DNA from: Candidatus Delongbacteria bacterium
Lineage (GTDB): Bacteria > CAIWAD01
NCBI GenBank assembly: GCA_963663545.1
Contig: OY760505.1
Coordinates: 704,001-768,000 of the forward strand
Direction: 5' to 3'
Length of the DNA stretch: 64,000 nt
Made by a program: the position numbers and the translations under genes. Under the pieces are notes generated by a model. It made no database searches and was not told the DNA's origin. It worked only from the letters and a program-made list of their open reading frames with translations. Of the stretch, positions 10,448-20,024 are shown piece after piece (positions within the stretch are counted from its first letter, which is position 1; every line of letters begins with the position of its first letter).

Positions 10448-12172
10448 TTAGCGAGCCAGCAGCATCTTGCCACTGAGGCTGCGACCTTCGCTCTGCAGCG
10501 TGTAGAAATACATGCCGGAGCTAAGGTTGGCAGCGTCAAAGACAAGCTGATGCTCACCAGCTTCCATCACACCGTTCAGCAGAGTGGCAACTTCGCGACC
10601 GGTCAGGTCATAGACCTTCAGGCTGGTGGCGGAAGTCACATCCAGCTCAAAACGAATGACGGTGCTGGGATTGAAGGGATTGGGATAGTTGCCCATCAGC
10701 TGGAAACTGCCTGCAAGCGGAGTCGCCTCAGCCGTCTGGCAAGCAATCGACTCCACTTCGCTTCCATCACGGGGAAGAATCTTTGCATCGCCATAGGAGA
10801 AGTAACCCAGACCTTCAATATTGAAGCAGTCACCGACACTTTGAATTCCATAGGTAAAGAAATCGTCGTCAACCATGATGGAGCTGATGCCATCGGTGAC
10901 TTCCCACATGCCATAACCCGCATCTGCATTGGCGCACTGAACGTCCTCGATACGGATTAGCACAGATTCCCAAGCATAACCAATCGCCTCGCTAACGCTG
11001 ACAAGGATCACATCCGGTGTGAAGGGCGCGGGCTCAGTCATGAGCTCCCACGTCGGATTGGTCAACTCAGTTGTGTAACAGCCAGAGTTTGCCCACTCGT
11101 ACACCGTTCCGCTGACATGGATGAAATCACCAATGCTCAGTCCTGAGTTGTCCGCGCCAAACACCTGAATTCCAGACCAGGCTGCGTTGGCTTCCTGAAT
11201 GAAAATTGTGTTGTACTTGAGCGCAGTTACCACACCCTGAGTAGTCACGACCTGGCCTTCAAGCGGACTGCGACCGTCCAGATCTTCCGTATACTGGATA
11301 TCAAAAATACTTGTCAGACACTCCACTGTGTACTCACCCGTGTACTGCACTAGCTCGTCACCATCGTCCGCAGCCTGGATGATATAGACAACGTTCGCAC
11401 AAGCGACCTGCCCGTCGATGGGGGCCTCGGGAGTCCAGATGCCATCACCATCTGCATCCGAGAAGTCGATTTCACCATCCTCGCCTGTATTGCTAAACCA
11501 GGTCATAGTCACCCAAGCCACTACGCCGTCAGCATCGGTGACAGTCGGATAGACATAAACATCCTCGCCAACGCCGGGCATGGCGGGATTAAGGGTTACA
11601 TCGCTGATATAGGGGGGCAGATTGGCGATTGCGAAATTCTGAGCACCAGGTGTACCGTAGTCGCCATCACCATAAGTAGCCTCGTCATACTCACGCCAGT
11701 TCGAACCAACATTGTTGTCCAAAGAAGGATCAGCGAGCGCCATGCTCTTGCCTGCGGGATCAGGGAAGGTGGCACCATTATCCCAGTTGACACGGTCAAT
11801 CTCGGTTGTACCGTCAAGGATGACGATCTCATCATCGCTGTTTCCAAGCGACATGCCGTTGTAGTCGTAATCGGCGGTTAGGCCACCGTTTACCAGAGGA
11901 TCACCGTTCAGGGCAAGCACGGCGTAAGCACCAGGGGCCACAAACACATCCACATCCACGATGAAGTCATCAGAACCGTCATCGGCAAAGGTCAGACCGT
12001 TCAGGTTGATTTCGACCGCGCTTGCGTTGTAGATCTCGAACCACTCGCCAGTGCCGTCGGAAACCATGTTGGGGTTCTGCATGATCTCGGTGATAACCAG
12101 ATCACCAGCACTCAGGGCAAAGACCGGTCCTGCTAGGGCAATCATGGTACCATACAGAAGAGCTTTTTTCAT
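10448..12172 (-). CDS. Secreted lamin-tail-domain + OB-fold protein with T9SS-type C-terminal domain
   Basis: LVITEIMQNP...GEWFEIYN...GTPGAQN (lamin tail domain); IFDIQY...SPLEGQVVTTQGVVTA (ExeM/YhcR-like OB fold); NYPNPFNP. Confidence 0.85.
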   Translation of the reverse strand: MKKALLYGTMIALAGPVFALSAGDLVITEIMQNPNMVSDGTGEWFEIYNASAVEINLNGLTFADDGSDDFIVDVDVFVAPGAYAVLALNGDPLVNGGLTADYDYNGMSLGNSDDEIVILDGTTEIDRVNWDNGATFPDPAGKSMALADPSLDNNVGSNWREYDEATYGDGDYGTPGAQNFAIANLPPYISDVTLNPAMPGVGEDVYVYPTVTDADGVVAWVTMTWFSNTGEDGEIDFSDADGDGIWTPEAPIDGQVACANVVYIIQAADDGDELVQYTGEYTVECLTSIFDIQYTEDLDGRSPLEGQVVTTQGVVTALKYNTIFIQEANAAWSGIQVFGADNSGLSIGDFIHVSGTVYEWANSGCYTTELTNPTWELMTEPAPFTPDVILVSVSEAIGYAWESVLIRIEDVQCANADAGYGMWEVTDGISSIMVDDDFFTYGIQSVGDCFNIEGLGYFSYGDAKILPRDGSEVESIACQTAEATPLAGSFQLMGNYPNPFNPSTVIRFELDVTSATSLKVYDLTGREVATLLNGVMEAGEHQLVFDAANLSSGMYFYTLQSEGRSLSGKMLLAR

Positions 12173-12450
12173 CCTTCTTCTCCTTGCTTGGAGTTATTGG
12201 TTTTAGGGTGTATCAAAGCTGGACCCCGGCAGACCGAGATCGCGATCATTTGGCTGAAATCTGGATGCGCAGGAACGCGCAGGTACATTGGGCACAGGCC
12301 AAGAGATAGCGCTTTCTGCTCTATTTCTCAAGGTAAATCAAAGCTACGGTCAACAGGTTAGAGCTTTGTGAGGCGGTAGATGTCCATGATTTTAATTACG
12401 ACCATTTTGGTCCTATTGATAATGCACCTCTGGAGTCTTAGCTTTGGCGC

Positions 12451-12888
12451 ATGTTGTGTTCTCTTCGCGGATATATCGCCCGACCCGCGGCTGCTCTGTG
12501 CCTTGTTGCGCTGGTCATTCTATTGATCCCGGGCAGTCTGCGCGCCTGGTCTGCAGAATTGGAACAACAACTGCCCTCATCAGCCAAGCACTGCTGCATT
12601 CACCACGATCACGCCGAGCTCCCGCAGGTCGAAGAGAGCCACGGCTGTTGTCACATGGACAATGCGAGCCCGTCGCAGGACCAGAATGACGATTCCGGTT
12701 GTTGCGGTGATTCCTGCAAACATGCGGAGTGCAGCTGCAATGTCTTGGCCGGAAGCCAGGTACTGTGCACACAAGCACTTCACTTCAGACTGCCCCATTG
12801 GCCTACCTCCAAACAGGAAGACCTTCGCCGCTTTCAGGCTCCAACAAGTCCCTTTCGTAAAGGCGTATTTCGTCCCCCGCTCGCCTGA
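12451..12888 (+). CDS. Cys/His-rich putative leader protein ending in FRPP
   Basis: N-terminal hydrophobic helix, HCCIHHDH/GCCH/GCCGDSCKHAECSC, C-terminal GVFRPPLA; 49 nt upstream of a TonB receptor. Confidence 0.65.
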   Translation: MLCSLRGYIARPAAALCLVALVILLIPGSLRAWSAELEQQLPSSAKHCCIHHDHAELPQVEESHGCCHMDNASPSQDQNDDSGCCGDSCKHAECSCNVLAGSQVLCTQALHFRLPHWPTSKQEDLRRFQAPTSPFRKGVFRPPLA

Positions 12889-12937
12889 ACTCCACTCAGG
12901 CAACATCAACACCAAACATCATTGAACGGGGGACATC

Positions 12938-15085
12938 ATGTCCAAGACGGTCGTTTACATGCTGCTCGTGCTGGCGCTTCTGTCCAGCGCATTTGCGGCT
13001 GAACTTGAATTGACAATCCACGGCGAGGACGGCGCTCCGCTATCCGGCGTCAATGTGATACACCATGAATTGAAACTGGGTGCCAGCACCTCTCTCGACG
13101 GCATGGCGCTGGTGGAACACATCCCCGCCGGCAAGCACATGTTCCATATCAGTTCTGTCGGCTACCAAAGTCAAATGCTAGAGCTGGTCTTTGGCGAAAA
13201 CGAGCGCGTGACACAAGAGTTGATCCTGCACAGTGCTGTTCTGGAAGCCGCCGCTGTTACCGTTCACGGCCATAGTGAGGGGCTTGTGAGCTCAGGCACG
13301 CACATGGTTGAGGTTCAGAGTACGGAAGCGCTGGCTCTGAACAGTGGCAGCACACTCGACCTGCTTGGCGAGCACGAAGGCGTCGACACCAAACCCTGTG
13401 CTCTCTGTGGATCAGCTGGAGTTGGCCTGCAAGGGCTGGATGCGGCCTACACCGAAGTGCAGCAGGACGGGATGACACTGATGAGTGGCGTTGGCGGACT
13501 CTACGGGCTGGACAGTGCGCCGACCGAGGGCTTGGCACGCACCGAACTCAGGCAGGGTAGCTCAGACAGCCACCAGAGTGGTGCGGCCATTGCCGGACAG
13601 GTGAATCTGGTCAGCGCACCCGTGGAGGCACAGGACACTCTTGTGATACGGCTGGCCCTTGGCGATCACCTGCGTCACGACGCCGGTGTGACACTCGGTG
13701 GTCGCTTGCTGCATCTGCCAACTCGACTGCAAGCCGACTGGTCTGCGGACCCGCAGCGTATCGATGGCAATGAGGATCAACTGACCGATACTCCAGAGCT
13801 GGGCCGGTTGAACCTGCAACTAGAGCAGCGTGCCCGTCTGGGAAACATTGACTGGAACTGGAAGCTGCGCGGCATGGGTGAGGAGCGCTTTGCAGGCGAT
13901 CTGGATTGGTCTGCGGCCGATCGCGGATCAGCCAGCGTCTATGGCCGCGACATTCGCACCAGGCGCGGCGAAGGCACTCTAAGGGCCACCTGGCGTGATA
14001 CAAAGGGTGCCGAATGGAATTGGCGCAGTGGGTTGGTGTATCACCACCAGGATTCCTGGTACGGTGCGACATCTTTTGATGCCGTGCAGCAGCGGGGGCT
14101 CGGCAAACTCTCGCGCAGTCTGGCTGGCAGCGAGTGGGAAGTAGGCCTGACCTATGAAGACTACCGCGACAATCTGCAGCTTGAACAGCAGACCGATCGC
14201 ATGGATCTGATTCCCCACGCCTTCTATCAGCGGCTCTGGCAGCCTGCCCCGGCGGTGCAACTTACGACGGGTCTGCGTGTGGAATCCCATCACGAACAGG
14301 CATTGGTTCCGCTGCTCAACAGCAGCGTGCGCTGGCAGGTAAGTCCAGCGTGGATGACGACGCTGGGGGCCGGACAAGGCTATCGGCCCATTACCCTTTT
14401 CAGCCTGGACAAAGCCGTCCATGCTGGCTTCGATGGTGTGGAGCTCGCCAGTGAGCTCGACCCGGAACAGAGCCTGAGTCTCAACTGGACGCTGGAGTAC
14501 AGCCGTGTGGCAAGTACCCTTGTATCACGAAGTACACTGCGGGTCTTTGACACGGAATTCCGCGACAAGGCGATTCTCGCTTATGGCGAGGAAGCGGGTA
14601 CGGTGATCTACAGCAATGCCCAGCGCGCCTATTCGCGGGGACTGAGCCTGAGCCAGAATCTGGTCTGGCCCAATGGCCTGCAGTGGAAGGCCAATGCCTC
14701 GTGGTCGCGTGTTCGATATCTGCAGGACGGCAGCTGGCAACGCGAGCATATGCAGAATGCCTGGACAGCGGGGACTTCGCTCTCGTGGCGTGCAACACAG
14801 CGAGGCACACTGATTCGCCTTAGAGGAAACTTCTATGGTCCGCAGGAATTACCCGAGGGGCGCACGCGTGATACATCCCCCATCTGGCAGACCTGGGATC
14901 TGGATCTGAATCAACAGGTGGGCAGTGTTGATCTGCTGCTTAGCGTGGAAAACCTGTTTGACTGGGTGCAAAAGGATTCGCCCTTTGTGCAGGACGCATC
15001 CGGTGTATTGATTGATTCGGCAATGATCTACGGTCCCCTAGTAGGCAGACGCTACAAGCTGCAGCTGAGCGTTGCTGTGCTGTAA
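12938..15085 (+). CDS. TonB-dependent receptor, probably metal-related
   Basis: Signal peptide, carboxypeptidase-regulatory-like N-domain (SSVGY), plug with CALC and AIAGQVN, C-terminal VENLFD...YGPLVGRRY. Confidence 0.88.
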   Translation: MSKTVVYMLLVLALLSSAFAAELELTIHGEDGAPLSGVNVIHHELKLGASTSLDGMALVEHIPAGKHMFHISSVGYQSQMLELVFGENERVTQELILHSAVLEAAAVTVHGHSEGLVSSGTHMVEVQSTEALALNSGSTLDLLGEHEGVDTKPCALCGSAGVGLQGLDAAYTEVQQDGMTLMSGVGGLYGLDSAPTEGLARTELRQGSSDSHQSGAAIAGQVNLVSAPVEAQDTLVIRLALGDHLRHDAGVTLGGRLLHLPTRLQADWSADPQRIDGNEDQLTDTPELGRLNLQLEQRARLGNIDWNWKLRGMGEERFAGDLDWSAADRGSASVYGRDIRTRRGEGTLRATWRDTKGAEWNWRSGLVYHHQDSWYGATSFDAVQQRGLGKLSRSLAGSEWEVGLTYEDYRDNLQLEQQTDRMDLIPHAFYQRLWQPAPAVQLTTGLRVESHHEQALVPLLNSSVRWQVSPAWMTTLGAGQGYRPITLFSLDKAVHAGFDGVELASELDPEQSLSLNWTLEYSRVASTLVSRSTLRVFDTEFRDKAILAYGEEAGTVIYSNAQRAYSRGLSLSQNLVWPNGLQWKANASWSRVRYLQDGSWQREHMQNAWTAGTSLSWRATQRGTLIRLRGNFYGPQELPEGRTRDTSPIWQTWDLDLNQQVGSVDLLLSVENLFDWVQKDSPFVQDASGVLIDSAMIYGPLVGRRYKLQLSVAVL

Positions 15086-15093
15086 CACAAAAC

Positions 15094-15125
15094 AGAAAGG
15101 CCCCGAATTGCGGGGCCTTTTCTTT
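15094..15125. terminator. Bidirectional terminator
   Basis: AGAAAGGCCCCG-AATTG-CGGGGCCTTTTCTTT between convergent genes. Confidence 0.8.
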
Positions 15126-15141
15126 GTGTCACAAGCGAAGA

Positions 15142-16485
15142 CTAGTACTCGAGTGCCTCAACCTGATAGAAGCCCATGGCGAAGGGATCGGGAATCAAAC
15201 CCAGATCCACTTCGGACCCCGTGGTCTCCTCCAACAGATTCCACTCCCCTTCGTAGGGCAAATCGCGGTGATACACACGGTAGGCGTCGGCACACTCCAG
15301 CGCATTCCAGCGCAGAAAGAAGTGGCCGTCTTGCTGGTCCAAGTGAATCACGGGCTGCGGCAAATCGTCGTGTGGCCCGGGATAATAGGCGACTACGCCG
15401 TCCAAGTCGCAACCCGGAGTACCCGTGTTACACGTGGTCGTCGACAAATCAACCAGCTTCAAGTATCGAGCCGCGCACTTGCCAGCATCATCCAAATCGA
15501 AACTCTGGCTTCCATTACCCAACGCCAGGTAGGTCCAGGGACCGGTGGCGGAATTGGAGACCCAGACTTCGTAGTACTCGTCCACACCGCCCGTTGCCGC
15601 ACCCAGCTCGACGATTTCGAAATCCACGCCAGGTCCGTTCAGGATGGCTTCATCGTCCGGGCCCATATCCAGAATGATCCACGCGGTGTCTGAATTACCA
15701 CTGCAGTCGCCGCCCAGAGCGACGAACTGCTGGTCGGGAGCTCCCAGCATCTCCAAGGGGTTGGTGTAGTTGTTCGTTTCATTGCCAGGCTGTATCACAT
15801 AGTCCACCACGCTGTCCACGTAGGGGTCTAACTCGACTCCGGTGAGAGGCTGTACCAGCAAGTTGTCGAACTCAATAGGACTCATGGCGCGCACAAACAG
15901 GCCGATTCCACCCTGACTGAAGGTCTCGTCTGTCAGGCTGAAGACCAGAGTATCCTGCCAGAAAACACTGATCTGCGATCCCGACAGCACCAGACCGAGG
16001 TTCTGCCAGGAACCCTGTCCATAGCGGAAATCCGTGTCGGCAATCAGCTCAGTCCAGTTCCCGTTGCTGCCAGCGTTGAGATAAAGTCCGGGATGCTGGT
16101 CGTTGTTGAAGCTGAGACGATAGCCGAACCCTTCGCCCTCTTGCAGCGTCGAGCGGAAGTAAAGCCCCCAATCGTCATTGTCGCCGGGCTTCACCGAAAG
16201 GTCGAAGCGGCAATCCGTCCAGCAGCGGTCACTGAGCCAGGCCACGCTTCCATGCAGATCGGGATAGGCATCGCCGCTCAAATACACATTGCTGCTTTGG
16301 CGCAGCGTTCCGGCTGTGGTCCAATACCAGTTGCTGGCGCCACCGACCATGCCGGGCGTGTCTACAATGGTGTAGGCCACCAGCTGGTCTGCGCTAAGAA
16401 AGGAATGAAAGAGCAGGCCGTCGTCGCATTGAGCATAAGCTCCGCGCATCATGATAACCAGCAAAAGCAGAGCGAGTTGTTTCAT
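15142..16485 (-). CDS. Secreted protein with LamG/DUF1080-like beta-sandwich and FN3-like C-terminal domain
   Basis: Signal peptide MKQLALL; DNDDWGLYFR...GGIGLF...EFDNLLV; ends FYQVEA. Confidence 0.7.
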   Translation of the reverse strand: MKQLALLLLVIMMRGAYAQCDDGLLFHSFLSADQLVAYTIVDTPGMVGGASNWYWTTAGTLRQSSNVYLSGDAYPDLHGSVAWLSDRCWTDCRFDLSVKPGDNDDWGLYFRSTLQEGEGFGYRLSFNNDQHPGLYLNAGSNGNWTELIADTDFRYGQGSWQNLGLVLSGSQISVFWQDTLVFSLTDETFSQGGIGLFVRAMSPIEFDNLLVQPLTGVELDPYVDSVVDYVIQPGNETNNYTNPLEMLGAPDQQFVALGGDCSGNSDTAWIILDMGPDDEAILNGPGVDFEIVELGAATGGVDEYYEVWVSNSATGPWTYLALGNGSQSFDLDDAGKCAARYLKLVDLSTTTCNTGTPGCDLDGVVAYYPGPHDDLPQPVIHLDQQDGHFFLRWNALECADAYRVYHRDLPYEGEWNLLEETTGSEVDLGLIPDPFAMGFYQVEALEY

Positions 16486-16631
16486 GAGTCCCCCAATTGT
16501 GCAAATTTTGACACTGCCGCCAGAGTAATACATCACAAAGCTGAATGCAAGCCGCACGAGTGCTGTGCTAGGAAACAAAAGAGGGCACCAAAGAGCCCTC
16601 ATTCGTCTTCATCCTTAACCCTGCATGAAAA

Positions 16632-17348
16632 TCAGCGCATCAAAACGATACGCGTGCTTCGACAAAGGCCATCGCTTCGCAGCTGGCACAAATAAACACC
16701 ACTGGGCCAGGTGTCCATCTCGACGCGCACCGAATGCTCTCCCGCCTCTTGCAGTCCACTTGCCAGCAACGCCATTTGCTGGCCACGCAGATTGTACACC
16801 GCCAGCTCAGCCTGCTGCGTTGCGGGCAGCGAGTACTCGATGACGGCGCTGCCGTTGCAGGGATTGGGATAGGCGTCTTGCAGCTCGAAGCTGTGCTCCA
16901 GTTCCTCCGCAGCGGCGGGTTCAAGGCAGCCATTTCCCGGCGGAACATCCACCTCAATCGGCGGAATGAAATCCGGTGTGTCAAAGAAGTAGATCACCGG
17001 TGGATTAACGACAGTGTCAACAGTGTAGGCAAAGCCCGGCCCGACAAACTCTGCGTGAAAACCGCAGACTTCCATCATGGGAGCAATGATGATCTCCTCA
17101 GGTATGACATCCTCGTACACAAACCAGTAGGGTGGATACTCGTACTGCTGTGGGGCCACAAGCTCCATTGGCACTTCGAAGAGCATCCCCAGCACCGTTA
17201 CGTCCAAGTAAGCCTCGGCCGGGTAGCAGGTCTCAGAATTCCAGCATTCCACATCGTCGAACTCTGCAGAATTGATGCAGAACACCAGTTCAGCCTGCAG
17301 CCCTAGAGCGCAGGTTAAAACTGCGCAGAATCGGAGTAGCACTTTCAT
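16632..17348 (-). CDS. Array paralog 1: secreted, variable N-domain + T9SS-type C-domain
   Basis: Signal peptide; C-terminal AYPNPCNGSAVIEYSLP...SGVYLC. Confidence 0.85.
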   Translation of the reverse strand: MKVLLRFCAVLTCALGLQAELVFCINSAEFDDVECWNSETCYPAEAYLDVTVLGMLFEVPMELVAPQQYEYPPYWFVYEDVIPEEIIIAPMMEVCGFHAEFVGPGFAYTVDTVVNPPVIYFFDTPDFIPPIEVDVPPGNGCLEPAAAEELEHSFELQDAYPNPCNGSAVIEYSLPATQQAELAVYNLRGQQMALLASGLQEAGEHSVRVEMDTWPSGVYLCQLRSDGLCRSTRIVLMR

Positions 17349-17396
17349 GACAGCTCCTCGCTTCTTTCCCCTGTACAGTACACAGACATAGGTCAA

Positions 17397-18122
17397 TTAC
17401 CGCATCAAGACGATACGCGTGCTTCGACAAAGGCCATCGCTTCGCAGCCGGCACAGATAAACGCCACTGGGCCAGGTGTCCATCTCGACGCGCACCGAAT
17501 GCTCTCCCGCCTCTTGCAGTCCACTTGCCAGCAGCGCCATTTGCTGGCCACGCAGATTGTACACCGCCAGCTCAGCCTGCTGCGTTGCGGGCAGCGAGTA
17601 CTCGATGACGGCGCTGCCGTTGCAGGGATTGGGATAGGCATCTTGCAGCTCGAAGCTGTGCTCCAGCTCTTGAGGAATGAATAGATCAATGCAGCCATTA
17701 CCGGGTGGGACGTGTACCTGGGTAATAATCCTCCAGAATGGTGGCACGTCAGGATATCCAACTTCAAAAGTGATCCCCTCACTAAAGCTGTAATCAAGAT
17801 TCGGTCCGTCTAGAAAAAAATATACGCTATCAAGCAGGCAACCTGCAGGTAAACCCACAGCTTCCTCATCACTGAGCTCATACGTAAACCACTCGTCTGG
17901 AAAGCCATATATGCTGCCTACAGTCAAATCCATCGATACTTCAAAGAAGAACCATTCTAAATAGCTGAACCGCAGATAGGCATCAGGCGGCTCAGATGTT
18001 TCCGGATCCCAGCAGTCCACCTCCAGCAACTCCTGTGGATCAATAGCGAAGACGAAATCGCTGGCAGAAGCACTGAGCGGGAGGCAGAGCAGAAATGGAA
18101 GTAGAAGCGCCGTCATCTTCAC
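17397..18122 (-). CDS. Array paralog 2
   Basis: Signal peptide; C-terminal about 88 aa nearly identical to paralog 1. Confidence 0.85.
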   Translation of the reverse strand: MKMTALLLPFLLCLPLSASASDFVFAIDPQELLEVDCWDPETSEPPDAYLRFSYLEWFFFEVSMDLTVGSIYGFPDEWFTYELSDEEAVGLPAGCLLDSVYFFLDGPNLDYSFSEGITFEVGYPDVPPFWRIITQVHVPPGNGCIDLFIPQELEHSFELQDAYPNPCNGSAVIEYSLPATQQAELAVYNLRGQQMALLASGLQEAGEHSVRVEMDTWPSGVYLCRLRSDGLCRSTRIVLMR

Positions 18123-18152
18123 TTGAAGCCCCCTTTTGTCAGATCCATTCGC

Positions 18153-18860
18153 CTACCGGACTAAAAGAAGACGACGGCTTTGGCTAAGAGTCGCAGTCTG
18201 CAGCTGGCACAGATAAACGCCACTGGGCCAGGTGTCCATCTCGACGCGCACCGAGTGCTCTCCCGCCTCTTGCAGCCCACTTGCCAGCAACGCCATTTGC
18301 TGGCCACGCAGATTGTACACCGCCAGCTCAGCCTGCTGCGTTGCGGGCAGCGAATACTCGATGACGGCGCTGCCGTTGCAGGGATTGGGATAGGCATTCT
18401 GCAGCTCGAAGCTGTGCTCCAGTTCCTCCGCAGCGGCGGGTTCAATGCAGCCGTCACCGGGCGGGATCACGTAATAATCGCAAACACCTGGCGGCAGAGG
18501 TAAAATGGCAATATTGTATGGACTCGCAAATTCTTGTTCAACAAGATAATAGAATCCTGGTCCGCCAAACTCTACTGCAATTCCCAGCAGGGAAAAGGGC
18601 GGCATGTTCGCCCCTAAATCGAACCCAATCAGATACCATCCATCAACACTCTCTCCTTGTGTTTGGACAACTCCAGAGATTGTGAACTCATTTTGCATGA
18701 TATCCCTTACGGTGATCCGAGCATCCTGAAAGAAGCAAGTCTCGGGATCATAGCACTCCACTTCTGAAAGCCTGCTTGCATCGATAGATAGATAGAAAAT
18801 CTCCGCATGGCTACTGGCGACGCAAACCAGCGCCAACAACACCGAAAACAAGCGCATCAT
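18153..18860 (-). CDS. Array paralog 3
   Basis: Signal peptide, GGAGG RBS, same C-domain with a different last 14 aa. Confidence 0.85.
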   Translation of the reverse strand: MMRLFSVLLALVCVASSHAEIFYLSIDASRLSEVECYDPETCFFQDARITVRDIMQNEFTISGVVQTQGESVDGWYLIGFDLGANMPPFSLLGIAVEFGGPGFYYLVEQEFASPYNIAILPLPPGVCDYYVIPPGDGCIEPAAAEELEHSFELQNAYPNPCNGSAVIEYSLPATQQAELAVYNLRGQQMALLASGLQEAGEHSVRVEMDTWPSGVYLCQLQTATLSQSRRLLLVR

Positions 18861-19091
18861 GTCGTCCTCCCTTCAATAACCCGTCTTTGGTAAACCAGCA
18901 CTGGCAAGCCCTGCAAGCTCCACCCGGCGCGGTTTTGTTTGTTGTACAAAATGATTCTGAGATTGCCATTCGTCCGTGTTGCGATAACAGTGTCGCAATT
19001 TGCTTAGGTGTATCCAACTCATTGCAGCACATGCAAGTAGAAGAAAGGTTCTTCACCCAAAGCTGAGAGTGCTACTACTCTCCGCAGCTCT

Positions 19092-19811
19092 TCAGCGGAC
19101 GAGTAAGAACCGCTTCGTGCCCATCTTCTGCCCAGCTTGCAACTGGCAGAGATACATGCCGCTGGGCCAGTTGTCCATCTCTACGCGCACCGAATGCTGA
19201 CCCGCCTCGTGCAGTCCACTCGCCAGTAGCGTCATTCGCTGACCACGCAAGTTGTACACCGCCAGCTCAGCCTGCTGCGTCGCGGGCAGCGAATACTCGA
19301 TGACGGCGCTGCCGTTGCAGGGGTTGGGATAGGCATTCTGCAGCTCGAAGCTGTACTCTCGTTCCTCAGCAGCGGCGGGTTCAATGCAGCCGTCACCTGA
19401 CAAGGCTGGAAAGACCACAGGAGGGCGCGGGATGGGTGGCGCGATACAGATGACAACGTTGGGTTCAAAGGCATAGGTAAACCAATGATCGAAGTTCGGC
19501 CCCTCGAAATGGATAGATACATAGTAGACCCAGTGGGGCGTATATGGATCAGCATCATCAGGCGTGATGTAGCGGAAAACAAACCAATCGTCAGGTAGGC
19601 TCTCCTCTGCCGGATCAATCCAATCGAGTTCTAAAAATTCATATGGAAATGGATAAACGTCCTTAAGAGCAAACGCTTCTGTAGGTGTGCAGTTTTCCGG
19701 ATTCCAGCATTCAACTGCCGTCATGGAATCCGGATCGATGGCAGTCACAAAATTGATGGCCCTGACAGAAACAGCGCTGCACAACAGCAGCGCAAGCATA
19801 AGAACTCGCAT
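19092..19811 (-). CDS. Array paralog 4
   Basis: Start MRVLML with GGAGG RBS; same C-domain. Confidence 0.85.
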   Translation of the reverse strand: MRVLMLALLLCSAVSVRAINFVTAIDPDSMTAVECWNPENCTPTEAFALKDVYPFPYEFLELDWIDPAEESLPDDWFVFRYITPDDADPYTPHWVYYVSIHFEGPNFDHWFTYAFEPNVVICIAPPIPRPPVVFPALSGDGCIEPAAAEEREYSFELQNAYPNPCNGSAVIEYSLPATQQAELAVYNLRGQRMTLLASGLHEAGQHSVRVEMDNWPSGMYLCQLQAGQKMGTKRFLLVR

Positions 19812-20024
19812 CCTCGCCTCCCTTCTGTTTATCACCAGAAGAAGCCGCTTCGACAGGTCTTGCGTGATACAGTGCGTGGTGGATGATTCTGGTGTGGCTT
19901 CTCATCCCGCTTGATAAATAACAACGTATCTCAATGTGTCACTACATCCAATGGGAAACTCGGGACTTTGCATGAAGACCCTGACAGCTCACAAGGCTAA
20001 ATGGTGAAAAAGCCTCGCAGCTCT

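Larger units (their letters stand above)
16636..19397. repeat. Four dispersed direct repeats of about 210-270 bp encoding the constant C-domain
   Basis: Copies at about 16636-16901, 17401-17666, 18200-18458 and 19185-19397 share long identical runs such as TTGTACACCGCCAGCTCAGCCTGCTGCGT. Confidence 0.95.

Noticed and set aside
12339..12430. Operator (CAAAGCT...AGCTTTG) or Fur box (TGATAATG) before the leader ORF
   Set aside because: Matches are too short or only half-sites.
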